A DNA stretch of 64,000 bases. It comes from Tubulanus polymorphus. Its lineage: Eukaryota; Animalia; Nemertea. Location: assembly GCF_964204645.1 (NCBI RefSeq), contig NC_134033.1:5170231-5234230 (forward strand), given 5' to 3'. Positions 1 through 13,239 of this stretch are shown piece after piece. Numbering within the stretch: position 1 is the stretch's first letter; every line of letters starts with the position of its first letter. A model generated the notes under the pieces. That model did no database searches, had not been told where the DNA came from, and was given only the letters and a program-made list of their open reading frames with translations. Position numbers and translations under genes: made by a program.

Positions 1-840
1 CCGTTATCCGAGTTTGCTGTAACGAGGATTCACGCTGTAGCGAGGATTACACGCGACCTAACCTGAGTTCCCTATACAACAAACAGGTAAAAATCGTTTA
101 CTCACCAATTATTGAATGTAGTTTCATGGATCATTACGATCTTTTCCTAGTTATCTTCTCCTTCTAGGAGATATGACATCCAGATACAGCCCTAAGATCT
201 GTCCGGTCCAGGTTGGTTTAGTCAGCAAACATCGAAAGCAATGATTGGGTCCCGAGGAAGTGAGGATTGAAGTCCACTAAGTACTTGTTGCTTTAGTTAC
301 CACGCAATGACAGCAATCGGGTCCTGAGGAAGTAGAGCTTCTCTGAAAAAGACCAAAAAAAATCATCACCGTTATGATTTTTAATTTGACTTGATACATT
401 GTAGTCTGCTATATGCGGTATTAAACATATTCACCCACCACCAATTTCTGTATGGAGCATCATGGGTTATTTTGAAAATGTTTGGGGTCAATTAGTGTCA
501 GTTTAGTCAGCCTCGAGGTGAGAAAAGCTGATCCGAAACAGAAAACAATTCCATATTTAACAAGTTTTGATTCTGACTGGAATAAATATTCTTCCTGTCG
601 GTTTAGTCAGCACAAATTGGCAACGTTAGCAGGAATGCCTTATCTAGAAAAGCAACCAATGGTTCAATCAGATTTGACGCTTATTTGTTATATCCAGTTT
701 TGAACACCAAACAGTTAGGCTTTTTACTTAGATTTCTTGGAGTAAGGATTTCTGCAAGAAAAATATTGGGAGGGCAGAGGAAAAAAAATTTAAAAAAGTT
801 TTCCTAACAATACGCGTTTTAAAATGAAACGGAAGAGGAC
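1..840 (-). repeat. Copy A of the dispersed spliced-unit repeat
   Basis: Shares ccgagtttgctgtaacgaggat, gacagcaatcgggtcc(c/t)gaggaag and donor actcac (100-105) / acceptor ctg (343-345) with copies at 3180, 4870, 31470, 40355 and 52560. Confidence 0.8.
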
Positions 841-844
841 AGAA

Positions 845-2480
845 AATTACAATTTTTGGAACTAAAATTTCCGAGTAGTACTTTCCGAGTAGTTTTATTC
901 CAATTTGGATTTATCGCCAATGGTTTTTCTATACGACCCGGCCCTGCGGTATTTCATTTAGCCACTGGCGAAATCCATCTTTTTACGTCATAGCAGACCC
1001 AAAAATGCAGCTATGCGGGGCAGGTGGGTGGGATTCCCACCATAGGAAAGGGTAAGTACTACTCGGAAGTACAAATTTTAGTTTCAAAAATTGTAATATT
1101 TCCGTCGAGTACTGTACCCTTTCCTATGGGTTTTGCTAGACTAGCCTAGCACAAGGATGGTGGGAAAGGTAAATAGAAAAACCACCGCTCAAACGCAAGG
1201 TAAAAGAGCACTTACCCAAGCACGGAATGGAGCACTGTAGCACAGGGAAGACCGGTTGGCCACAGTGAGTCCGTCCAGCTCAGGGGTCCCCTCCCTGTTC
1301 TACGCTAAAGAGTCCGATCCGAAAGAACGGACACATTGAGCCATAACAACAGGACCGAGTGATGCTAATGAGCACAACTGGCCTGAAACATCCCGTAAAT
1401 AAAATGACGTGGATGTCGATGGAGAATTCCAAAAGGCGGCCCGACAGACTTCTTCGAACGGAGCACCTGAAAAGGCTGCGCAGGAAGTAGCCAAAGACCT
1501 CACTTGATGAGAAACAACTCCCTCCGAGGAAAGATTCTCTTTCAATAAAATGTCCTTGATCAGTGAAGAGACCCATCGGGCAACTGTGTCCCGAGAAATA
1601 TCACTCTTCAGGTGATCCAGCAGCGGAATAAATAACCACTCCCGCGAACCCCTTTGTGGAGCAGAGCGATCTAAATAGAAACACAACGCCCGGACAGGAC
1701 ATAATGTCCTGTCCAGAAGACCAGGTTCCACTCGATGTTGTAGGGCTTCAATTCGCCATTGACGACCAACCGAGCCTGGCCGTTGGTTCTTTGCCAAAAA
1801 CTCCAAAGCAGGCCGCAGCGAAACAAATTCCTTCGCTGGGCCGAAGACATTATTATGACCTTGTCGCACTGGAAGCGCGTGAATCTCAGAACGACGGGCC
1901 GAGCAAGCCAAGAACAGCAAGCATTCAGTCTTTTTTGACAAATTCGCAAATGGCGATGCAGAAAGAGCTTCAAATGGAGCCTCCATTAATATCTTCAAAA
2001 TTACAGACAGATTCCATGGTGGAACTATCCTCGGTACCCGAGGCCGGTAAACAGAAAACCCTGCAACAAGCTGGGATATCCGATGATCCCCTGTTACATT
2101 TGGTCGTCCAGAAGCACGCAATGTATGCGGAGTGGTAACCTTTAATAGTTATAACCTGCAAACCTTTTACTACAAATAGATGCAGTAAAAATCTGCCAAT
2201 TGAGCTACAGAGGGTGAGCATGGATCAATTTCCCCTGCAGCACACCAATCCGCAAAATGACCCCATTTGGCATCGTAAATGGTACTTGTTGATGGCCGCT
2301 TAGATCCTGCGATAAAAGAGGCAGCCTGTTCCGAAAAGCCTAAAGCTGACAAGGATCGCTGGACAATTGCCAGGCGAGTAGATTTAAGCAGTGGCTGTTT
2401 GGGTGACGCCGAAAGTTCCCCTGAGACAGAAGCGATGATAAATTCGGAAGAATCCTGGGGTTGTCGAATTCGCCGGTGGG
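845..2480 (-). mobile_element. 3' portion of a DIRS1-group tyrosine-recombinase retrotransposon (5'-truncated, decayed)
   Basis: Minus strand carries the DIRS pol C-terminus (DNPRILP...HPNSHCLNLLAWQLS*) overlapping a YR ORF, followed by inverted repeats at 846-882/1054-1097 and 1040-1060/1108-1129. Similarity of the flank to the 3180-3965 repeat copy stops at ~845, marking the insertion boundary. Confidence 0.85.
1300..2400 (-). pseudogene. DIRS tyrosine recombinase, frameshifted
   Basis: N-terminal SAM-like part (KRPSTSTIYDAKWGHFADWC) in ORF 2170-2664 continues in frame 1970-2221 (FLLHLF...TIKGYHSA) and then ORF 1300-2121. The last ORF has ARRSEIHAL, CPVRAL, SHQVRS and FW...FYLRDV catalytic motifs. 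Two frameshifts. Confidence 0.85.
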
Positions 2481-3179
2481 CCGGAGCGCCGTCCTCTGCC
2501 CACCGAGCTAACCTCCCGAGTGTTCTGAGAAGGCGACATCTGTTGCGCTTTTCAGAACCACCCTTCGTAGTAGCCACAATCTCCGAACAACCCGGAAACT
2601 TACACATTAATAACAGTATTACAATAAGTAGCCATTCCGTGAAATAGTCAAACCCAAACTTCACGGGACCGTTATATCAACCAGTTATAACCCGGCTTAT
2701 CGTCCTTGACCGATCATATATTTTATTCATAATTCCAGGCAAGCAGACGATCAAAACTAATTTGAATCAATGATTTAGAACAAAATTGTCTTATGTTTAA
2801 TGAATACGACCACTTTCCCTATCCTTTAGCTCGACTACTCTCAGGTGCTGTATAAATGTCTATATAAGGTGCATGCATGGGTGAACACTAAAAACCCTGC
2901 GCATCGCTTCTGTTGACGGCGCCGGCGTCACGCATGGGTTAACACGAAATGCCCTGTGCCTCCCCACTGTCATAGCCAACTTTTACAATCAGTTCGTTTA
3001 ATGGACAGTTTTAGCATTATTTGAGCGTGATTTAGTTTTCCTATTTTCATGCGATTTATTTTGTAGGGTACCAATGATGTCAGGAAATCGAGGACTCGTG
3101 GCCCGAAGATGTGCAAGGTTTAAAAATGTCTATGGTTTCAAACACCTATAATCTCACACAGTTTATTCGGAATCTGAGT

Positions 3180-3965
3180 CTCCGTATCCGAGTATGCTGT
3201 AACAAGGATCCATCTGTGTTTAAAAGAGTTTACACGCGACCTAATCTAAGTTCCCTACACACAACAAACAGCTAAAATTGTCTACTCACCAATTATTGAA
3301 TGTAGTTCCATAGATTATAACGACCTTTTCCATGACATCCAGGCTACAGCGCAAAGATCTGCCCTGTCCCGGTTGGTTTAGTCAGCAAGCACCGAAAGCA
3401 ATGATCGGGTTCCAATGGATGTGAGGAAAGTGAGTCCAATGAGTTTTTGTTGGTTAGGTCCAATTGACGCATTGACAGCAAGCAGGCCCCATTAAGCGAG
3501 GAAGGCAATAAGTCCACTACTGTTGGTTAAGTCCAGCACGCACTGACAGCAATTAGGTCCCGAGTAAGCGAGGAAGGTCTGAAGTTCACTAGGTATTTGT
3601 TGGTTAAGTCCAGCACGCACTGACAGCAATCAGGTCCCGGGTAAGCGAGGAAGGTCTGAAGCTCACTAGGTATTTGTTGGTTAAGTCCAGCACGCGCTGA
3701 CAGCAATCATGTCCTGAGGAAGTAGAGCTTCTCTGAAAAAAAAACACATAATAATAGCAACGTTAACAGGAATACCTTATCTAGAAAAGCTGGTTCAATC
3801 AGATTTGACGCTTATTGAAGTTTGTTACATCCAGTTTTGTACAACAAACAGGCTTTTTACTTTGATTACTTGGAGTACGGATTTTTACAAAAAGCTAAGT
3901 GGGAGGGCAGAGGAAAAAACAGTTTTCTTTACAATAGGCGTTTTGAAATGAAACGGGACAGGACA
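3180..3965 (-). repeat. Copy B of the spliced-unit repeat, with an internal 77-bp tandem expansion
   Basis: tggttaagtccagcacg recurs at 3524, 3601 and 3678 (period 77). Flanks align with 1-840. Confidence 0.8.
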
Positions 3966-4869
3966 AAAATACGAATAATTTTCTTTTATCATTTGAGTAT
4001 TTTCAACATAAAATCTTCAGAAGAAATTAAAAAAAGAGTAAAAATTGTGTTGTAATTGATTTAAATAATTGGCGAAATGAAAACACTAATTTTTTGCAAA
4101 TTGCAAAGATAGAAAATTGAGTTTTACACGTTACTAGATTGAAAATGAAGACGGACAAAAAATTTTTTTAATTTGATGACATTTGCAGAACTCTGGGAGG
4201 CAGCTCCGTACCCCAATTATTTGAAAAATTAGGTTGGTTACTCTTAAGTTGGGTAGAGGTAAAAGGAGGTAATGTGTCTAAAGTCAACTTGACTTGAGAG
4301 CACATCAGGTGGTCTAATTCAGTCATTCTCGGTAGTACATGCCTACCATAGATAATAACCTGAATAAATTATCTGATAAATATACACATGAATATTCTAC
4401 TTTAACGTAGGAACGTTATGGCTTAACCAGAGTCTCTAAAAAAACACTTCCGTCATTTTTGAAAGAATGCCTCGACAAACATCGATTCACGTATCTTCAG
4501 TTTTAACCGAGAACCTTAGTGTCTGATGTACCACAGTTTATTACAGTAGGATCGTAGAGCGGCGGAGATCACTGCGGAGACAACTACTTCAAGGAGTATG
4601 GGTGAACTTCATATATTACTGTAAACACCGAAATATTTTCTATGTAATTCAACTAAGTTCCAACTACGTATATGTTTACAGCTCTTTAGCCGTTGAGAAA
4701 CTTGACACACAACAAAAAGAGGTTTCTGAATTTGGTGCAATATCTTACGAAGTTCGTTGGAATATTAGAAACGGTTCTATATTTTTTTCTAGTGAGACAC
4801 ACGCCTAGCTCTAAACAATGACTATGCAATGACCACACACATTTCGATTTAAGAGGTTATTATGGGTCT

Positions 4870-5850
4870 ACTGTATCCGAGTTTGCTGTACCGAGGGTCC
4901 TTCTGTGTGATGATGCTTAATCCCGACCCAAACTAAATATCCTATACAAGATTAAAATTTGTACTCACTAATTCATGGGCGGAACTTCATGGATAATTTC
5001 GACCAGTTATGCTTTCCTTGGAAGATATGATAATCAGAGCAAAGACCTGTCGGACCAGATGGGTTTAGTCGGCAGGCATCGACAGCAATCAGGCCCGAGG
5101 GGAAGCGAGGTCCACAGTACACTGTACATTTGTCGGTTTAATCCGCTCTATTGACAGCGACCCGGTTCCGGTGAAGATGAGCTCATCTGAAAACGATACA
5201 ACCAACGATCACCATGATTATATTTTAATAATAACTCTATACATGTGCTTTGGGGTCCAGCATTAAACAATACCAAATCTACTCACCACCAAGTTGTACT
5301 GTGTGAAGCATGGCGGATTATTCGAAAGGTCTGGCGTCAACGGTGTTGGTTTATTCAGCCACGCGATACAAGCAGCAATGCGGTATTGAGTGAACAATGA
5401 CTAATCTGAAAAAAAAAACAAACAATTGCATTATGATTTTAAGTTTTTAAGATCGCCGGTTTATAAGGGAATGCGAATTCTCGAAGCCTACCTTCGAACG
5501 GTAGATTCGTTAATCTCTTTTGAAACTGGTGGGCCTAATTCGTTGTTCTCATTCGATTTGGTTTAAAAATTCAGTAGATTTGCAAATCCCTCTCAAGATT
5601 CATCCCACCTAACCGCCCGCGCGGACTGTGTATGTATGCGCGTGTGTGGTGAATTCAACGAATGTTAAAGAATTAATCCTCGAAACTTGTTCAATTCAAT
5701 TCGAACGCGTATTACATGATTTCAAAGACCGAGAACAATGACATGACACAATGTGAACTTGTGTCCTAACACGGTTCATTGGACAGTGTAAATGCACTGT
5801 GAGACTACTACGTAGCAATGCTGGATAATACCAGACTGGTACTATCCAGG
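4870..5850 (-). repeat. Copy C of the spliced-unit repeat (divergent)
   Basis: Same motif order as 31470-32460, including tctactcacc (~5280), ctgaaaa acceptors (~5187, ~5406) and cacctaaccgc (~5605). Confidence 0.7.
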
Positions 5851-6573
5851 AAGAAAGCCACTAAATATTTGGATGGATATATGAAAGCTGTGGGTACTGG
5901 AGTGTGTAATGGGTAGTGTAGTGTGATCTGTGTGCATTTTGGTGGCCAGCACACAGATCACATTGTTCATTGGGGTTTAGTCCAGGACTCGCGAGATTTT
6001 CAACAACACGGAAGTAACGTGTAATAAATGATGACTTGAAGTGCATGACTACCTACCACCCCTCATTATTGTTGGAAAACTAAACGTTCCGCACTGACTA
6101 AAAATTAGTAATAATAATCAATAACATTTTAGAAATGGCCAGAATTTTAACTTCGGTTCTATCTCATTTTTATTTTACAATTGCGATTGGTATAATTTTT
6201 TTTTTAAACGGCCGTAAAGGCTTCTTGTTTCGTCTGCAATTCACTGCAAATAGTTACGCAACTACGCACATTTCAGTGTTTTTGGCAGCTGTACACTCAA
6301 TCGGCACCGTTCGTGACTAGCTTCACTGCGGAATTATCATTAATTAACATCGCCATATCACATCATCAACTTATATTGTGCCTTAAAACCCTAACAGCCG
6401 AAATAATTGAAATACACACACGATTTCTATCATTGAAAATTGAGAGAATGGCCGTGTTTGTGTTCTGGTGTTCTGCTGCTTCGCGTAAATCCCGCGGGGT
6501 GGCGCCACCGCGCGGAGTGGGGCCGATACGTCTAGCATTCCAACCTCAATATCTTAACAATATCTCAATATCT

Positions 6574-6576
<3 letters not shown>

Positions 6577-6650
<74 letters not shown>
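6577..6650. repeat. (TA)n microsatellite
   Basis: Long run of TA dinucleotides. Confidence 0.97.
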
Positions 6651-6654
<4 letters not shown>

Positions 6655-7719
6655 CCAGTACACACCAAAACGATACGTTTTGACATTATTTCAAATACTT
6701 TCACCATTCGAATTTTCCATCGTCTATAACTGGAACCGAAAAAACTGAATTCGAACAAAATACAACGTTAGAACGGTTTGCAATCGATTTACTTTTCACT
6801 GAAACCGAACATGAATCGTAAAACAGTTTGCAATATATCATCAACTAGTTGAATGGTTATGTTCAATACCCCAGACCAGATTCTAGTTGGATGCAATTAA
6901 ACCATGTAAAATGAAAGCGTTTTAAACGAAATTACCGGACAAAACCAATTTCATAATTCAGCGAACTTAAACCATTCTGGATACATGAATATTATAAATT
7001 CACATATACGTGCATTTCGTAAAATTCATCATTTGGCATATTGTTAAAAAGTACTGAGCGTAAAGACACATGGCGAATCTAGTCGACGTATATTAATGAT
7101 ACAATTTGACGCTATTCATTGATAGTTTTTATTGTTTTCATTGTTTTTAATCATCGGTTTTTCAATCAGTTACTTTTTGGAGTCGACTTGCAGCGATGTA
7201 TATCTCGATATGTCGATATAAATTTGGCGACTTTTCAACTTGGAACGAGACAATTGGAGGTGCGTTTATCGCGTCAAATTTTATCGCAAAAGCATTTATC
7301 ATCTTAAGGCTTAATTGAATCGATTGAGACAATGTCAGAAACTCGTCTTTGGATTTAGGAAAAATCTCTGGCTTTTTGGTCAAAGCTTCTATTCCGGATA
7401 TATTGATCCTATTATCCTGTTTCAAGAGAACAAACTTTAGAATTAATGAGTTCCCGTTGTTTTAATATTATGCCCTGTAAAAACTAAGATAGAATAAAAA
7501 AATGCTGTAATTTCGACCGCCAATCAAACAAAACATATCCGTGCTTCGATTTCCGATTTCAAAATCAAACACCTGTTTCCTTCCCGAAAGGTGTGTGGTG
7601 GGTTTGGAAAGGACGCCCAACAAATCAAAACAAATCAAATCAAACTAAAGCTGATTCAATCCCTACTTTAATATTAAAATGATCCGATTTTTCCTGTAAA
7701 GTCAATGGTTTCAATATCG

Positions 7720-8015
7720 TAACTTTGTTGGCGAATATTTTGTAGATTTTGTGATTGATACTGCGTCAAAGAATCTGCCGTCATCTGATATCAATCCACT
7801 AGAACCAGTTACAAGAACAGCGTCTGAAACTCACTGCGGTTTGAAATGTCTTATGAATCGTGAAGGTTATTTGTTCGTCATCAAACGACAAAATAACATC
7901 GTCAAATTTCGTTTATATAATACGGATCTAATTGCAGGTTGATAAATGGCAACAAGCCACTGATGAAATCATCAATCGAGATCAGTCTAGATTCAGACAC
8001 TTGTGAATAGTCTAA
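7720..8015 (+). pseudogene. Decayed small PAN/apple-domain gene, copy 1
   Basis: Reads FVGEYFVDFVIDTASKNLP...SETHCGLKCLMNREGYLFVIKRQNNIVKFRLYNT. Comparison with 33870-34160 restores C-x3-C...C-x-x-F...C-x-L-Y PAN spacing. Two Cys are lost here and there is an early stop. Confidence 0.6.
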
Positions 8016-8978
8016 TAATGGATTTTACATTTACATTTCAATGTGCCTATTCTAATGGCATTTACAGCGTAATATAACGTAGCGTTTATTCAAATCGATA
8101 ACGTCAGTTTACGACCTATCTCAAGAGAAAGTACGAAACTTCATGTATTCTAATTTTCTAAATCGATTCTCAATAGATGCATTTCGTTTTAAATCTTTTG
8201 GATATGCATAATACTGGCTTTCAATCTTATCATCCATATTCCACGTTTGGCTATCCAACAAACAATGCCAATTCTTGATTGCACCCTTTTCAACATGTCA
8301 GCCGGAAATTTGTCAGAAAATTTGAATGAAAAAAAGCAGATTAGAGTTTTCCAAACGTCCTGTAATGATTTTGCTTTTCTCCTACGAAATTGCCGTCTTT
8401 TTGATGATCTCATGTTCTATTCGGGTATTTAAGAACTGTATTGTTGTATTGTTTCAACATCTATTTTTCAAGGGAAACTCGTGTGTGATGGTGACGGATT
8501 CGAAGGGTCGGGAAGGGGAGTGGGGCGTCGGTGCTAATTTGGTATTTTGAAAATTCATTACGATTGTTATCAATAAACGTAACCTGCCTAATGTAAAGCG
8601 TTGTGATTATTGTGTATCATCGTTTTGCGAGAAAGAGCTATTTTCGAAAATTCCTCGATCAACTGCAGTTATGCATTGCAACGTTATTTCCGGCGCGAGG
8701 TACGTCATCTATCGCGGTAGAAACAGCTATTATCGATAAACAATTTTAAAAAAACAGCGTCCCCGATAGATAGAAACATGGATTAACTAATTTTTTTCAT
8801 CGGGTTATGACCATTTTTGTACCGGCTAATTTCTATCCTATCGAAATACGTATATTCATCATATATTGAAGTGTCGGGCGATTAAACGGTTGATTACTTT
8901 AATTGAACACAACGCCTAAGAATTGGACCATTGGACGGTTCATTTTGATCTGACATTTTTCTTCCTGTAGAACATAAC

Positions 8979-9180
8979 CATCACAACCAGTAGGAGCAAA
9001 ATTACGATATGAGCTACCAACTGTCAACTGATTGTTATAGTAATAAGCGTATGCTACTACAGTAACCGGTCCACCTGATGTAATCAGGCTGACGACAGAT
9101 CGACCGCAGTATGAACCAGGACAATACGGGCCATAGCGTCTAGCTGTGAAATTACTACCATCAAATATATATAAACCATA
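8979..9180 (-). pseudogene. Isolated exon encoding the C-terminal half of a CUB-like domain
   Basis: Reads YGLYIFDGSNFTARRYGPYCPGSYCGRSVVSLITSGGPVTV, resembling CUB LxIxDG...YCG...I-S-S-G-x-x-x-x-V. Bounded by ttctaaag acceptor and gttatg donor. No partner exons recognised. Confidence 0.45.
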
Positions 9181-10196
9181 CTTTAGAATAAGACCAAGTG
9201 CCTTCAAATTGATACAATTATTGAATTCTAAGGGCAAACAGCTCTGTAACCTGTCTCGCTATATACAGCAAGGGTCAAAGTTTCTTTAACTTATATTAAA
9301 TATTTCATTTAACTTCATTTCTATGTATAATGATATATTTTAATATTTAGTGGAAATAAAATGTATCATTATATTATTATTACTGCCAACGTCCGCCTTA
9401 AACTATTGTTAATTGATTGATAAGTATTCATGTATTTCATTCAAACTGTGTTTGTATGAATTTTGTAAACTACCTGAATACGTATATCATGCGTGAAGCT
9501 GTTTTTGTGCTCTGTGCAAATGTAAATTTCTGTGGAGCAATAAACTAATTGTAATTGTATACTTCGCAAGGGAACTTATTCGTTTGAACAAACATTCAGA
9601 GTACGCTCAACCGGTTTTCTCTGATGAAAATGATTGTGGAGTTTTATCCCGAGTTACTTCAGTAAAATTACTACCACTTCCATGAAGTTACGGATTAGAG
9701 TTGGCAAAAAGCCAAACAAATGGTACTTAGGCCATTTTAGATCACGGATTTCAAAGAAAAAGTCGGAGGGCGAAAATAAAAATCTATCAAAAAAATTATA
9801 GACAGGAAAAAAAGAAAGGTGAATTTCTCTTTTAATTTTTAATTTTTTTTCCACAAAAAAAAAGCTCAAAAGGACTGCAAAAAAACAATCGAAAAAGGGT
9901 GAAAATCTAGATCGATTTTCATCAAATAGTGGGAAAATTGAAAATGAAATTATTGCAAATCATGAGGCTGGAAATTGAGATGAACATTTTTTTGACTCGA
10001 TATGCATTTTGCAGAATTCTGGTTGTCGGATCCATACGGACTCCAAGTAATTAAAAACTTTCTATTATAGTCGTGGTAATAATGCGATAACTGTAATTTT
10101 ATCACATGTTTTTCGATCCAAACAAATTCAACCACGTTTTAGGGTTTCCATGGGTCGGCAAAAATATACATTGGCTCGTTCGTGTAAAGCTTTTAT

Positions 10197-13100
10197 CTAT
10201 TTAGATGATGTCAATCCTAATCGTCGTTTATTGCGTTCACGAATAGATTTCATATCGATAGTTAGTATTGTATAAAGAAGCGGATTAAGAGACGAGTTGA
10301 TCGGTAAAAATAGAACGGCCAGCCAAGCTGCCACCTGGTTCGGTATCTCGACCGAAAATACGGCGCAAAACTGAACGATTATTATCGGTAGCCAGCAAAA
10401 TAAATTACAAAGATTGATTACTAAACTCCTTCGAGCTAAAACCAGTTCGGTAGGATCGGCTCTACCCGAGCCCGACCTACTTCCAGATACGAGTCTATAC
10501 ATCTGAGCGTACGTCGTCATTATCGTAGCCAATATGACCGCATTGACCAAGGCAAAAATAGCGAACGAATAGTGCCAGCCATTGATGTCGATCGTCAGTA
10601 AATTCATAGGCAAACAAACTCCGGTTGTACCGTAAAAATTGTCTCCGAAGTAAGACGACGATGACAGCGGTAGAATAGAAACTGTGCTTATAACGAGCCA
10701 ACAAATGCAGCAAATACCGATAAAGTATTTCGGAGTTATAATCGGACTTCTAGAAAACGGGTTGACGATCTCTTACGCGTTAGAATTAAGAGAAAAGTTA
10801 AGGAGCCTTCGCACGAAATTGTGACAATAACCCCGGCTAGACGACATAATGAGCTATCCGTCCAGGTTTCAGAATTCAGATAATAAACGCCTTTGAACAC
10901 GGGATCAGCTCCTGCAATCAAAAACAAATAGACCGACATCAGAAAATCGCAACCGGCAATATTTATGATGAGGATATTAATTTGAAGATGTGTTACGTGT
11001 TCCGGAGGATTACATCCGCAAAGCTTGAACGCGAAACATAATAACGATACTGTTAGCGAGAAAACTGAAAGATGCGATCATCCAGATGATGGCCCTCAGT
11101 ACAGTGTTACCCATCAGGTCAGAGCAGGTCGAAAATTGATCAGCTTCGGGAAGACATCGATCAACATTCGATGCCATGCAGCAAAATTTGTAAGCATCAG
11201 AAGCGAGGTATTTCAGTGATGTAAGATCGCCAAAAACGTTTCTTTGTACGGATATCACTTCGGAATTTTTTACAAAGTCTAGAATTTCAAGTCCAACCAA
11301 TCCGTAAAAAGCGATATTCGAAATATAATGGATTCTGTTATTGCTGATATTTAACGACTGTAATGCGGATAAACCTTTAAATGCATATTCACCGAGAAAC
11401 GATATAGAAAGTCCGTGAAGATCGAGAACAGTAAGTGACGTCAGACCTCGGAAACTACCGTCTTCTAAATGTTGCAGCGGATTTCCGATAAGATATAGTT
11501 CTTTTAAACCGATCAAACCTGCGAATGTATTAGCAGATAATGATAATGGTTTAAATTAGAAAACGCGTTGGGAACGATGTAAGACAAATTAGCACCCGAA
11601 ATATCGAGAAAACGAAGATAAATGAAAGAGTTGAACGTCGACTCGTTAAATACGACTCGGTTATTCGACAAAATCAAAACCCGAGTTGATTCTATAAAAC
11701 GACTAGTAATATCTGATAAGACAGCATTTTCACAATCGATGAAATGACCCCGACAATGACAACGTTCGGGACAGGTGACCTTACAATATGACTCGTCATC
11801 TGAGTTATGTTTACAATTTACGACACCGTCGCAAACTTCAGATTACGGAATACATCGATTTTCCTGACCACATTTAAACATTCCCGGACACGACCAAGTC
11901 TCGCAGTTTCGTTCATCTTCTGAATTAGGACAATCGGATCGACCGTCACAAACGTGTCTGATTGGTATACAGTAAGATGCCGGACATTTTACAGTACCAG
12001 CAGCGCATTCAAAGTCATTACACGTGAGAATATGTTCAAGATTTCTACATACCGGGAAACCAATCGGCATCATTTCTAATATACATCTTTCGTGACGGGA
12101 ATAACAGCGAGGAGAATTGAACATCTTTGTTCATCCGATTCCTTACACAGATCTGTGAAACGAGACGTACAGTGATTGTCATTATTACAGTAAACCTCGG
12201 GATTCACTGTCATATAAGTGACCAATTCGACTTCTTCGAGACTTCCGCTACAATCCACGACACCATCCCGATACAACTGAGAACTAATACATTCACCGTC
12301 CGCGCACGAGAACCCCTGACAAAGTTCGCCAATGCATCCAATCTCATCGGAACCGTCTTTACAATTGGCTAGTCCGTCACATCGTTTATAACTATCGATG
12401 CATTGGTGATTGGAACAGCGATATTGCGTAGATAAACACGGTGGATGATAGCACGAGTTCTCATCCGAGCCGTCGACGCAATCTCTCATAAAGTCACAGA
12501 AAACGCTAATCGATAGAACCTGCCCATCGTTACAGCGGAACTGACTGTGCAAATTGATATCCGTACAATTGAGTTCATCTTCACCGTGATGACAGTCGCG
12601 TCTGGTATCACATACGCGATGGTCGCTGATACATCTTTGATCGGTACATTCAAACTGTCATGATTTACAACCGCTTATAGAAGCTAACTCTTCACCAGTT
12701 ACATTAAAGGTACACAACACGGAATACACTTTATCTTTTGTATCATCGAAAGGTTTCAATAACCATTTAACTGATTGAATATAAGTAATTTCATTTCTGG
12801 CTACAAGTGGTTGGATAACTTTGAATCCGTCGTGGTCCATTGTCAGTATGGCGCCATATTTATGTCGATATTGAAATCTACTGATCAAATCTTTCATATC
12901 GCTTCCTCTATTTGAGGCGATTCTTACTATTTCGGCGCGAATGCTGTGGCACATTTCCATAGCTCTCCGAATATTCAAACCTCGATTGTTTTTCCAGTCG
13001 GTTAGTATTTTATAACATTGTCCAAGAATAGTGACCCAACCTCTTGGACAGGTTGAATTAGTCAAAGTTACATCGTGAATAATTTGATCTATGGTTTTAT

Positions 13101-13239
13101 TCAAGTTTGCGCGATCAGCCCGCGTAAATATACAGTCTCCGCAAGCGATCACTAAAACTACGAACAACGCTTTCATTCGCTGCATATTGAACACAATCCA
13201 CGCTTTAGAAACAACGTTAAGTAACTTATTGCCAGACAA
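10197..13239 (-). pseudogene. Intronless GRL101-like LGR (C-type-lectin-like + LDLa repeats + LRR + rhodopsin 7TM) pseudogene
   Basis: Contiguous domains: signal-like segment, CPRGWVTILGQCY, several LDLa repeats (C..CDG..DC.DGSDE), LRRs, hinge FCC...FSTCSDLM and 7TM ending PINSSLNPLLY. Disrupted by in-frame TGA (12658-12660) and TAA (11843-11845), plus frameshifts near 12125, 11545, 11010 and 10760. Confidence 0.9.

Noticed and set aside
1300-2121. Phage integrase / horizontal transfer from bacteria
   Set aside because: The overlapping DIRS pol C-terminus and ITR/ICR identify it as a eukaryotic DIRS retrotransposon.
3480-3730. CRISPR-like regularly spaced repeats (also 42752-42845 and 63060-64000)
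   Set aside because: Units are fully repeated with no unique spacers, there are no cas genes, and the context is eukaryotic.
12658-12660. In-frame TGA as selenocysteine or readthrough in the GRL101-like gene
   Set aside because: The gene also has an in-frame TAA and several frameshifts; a simple nonsense mutation is more likely.
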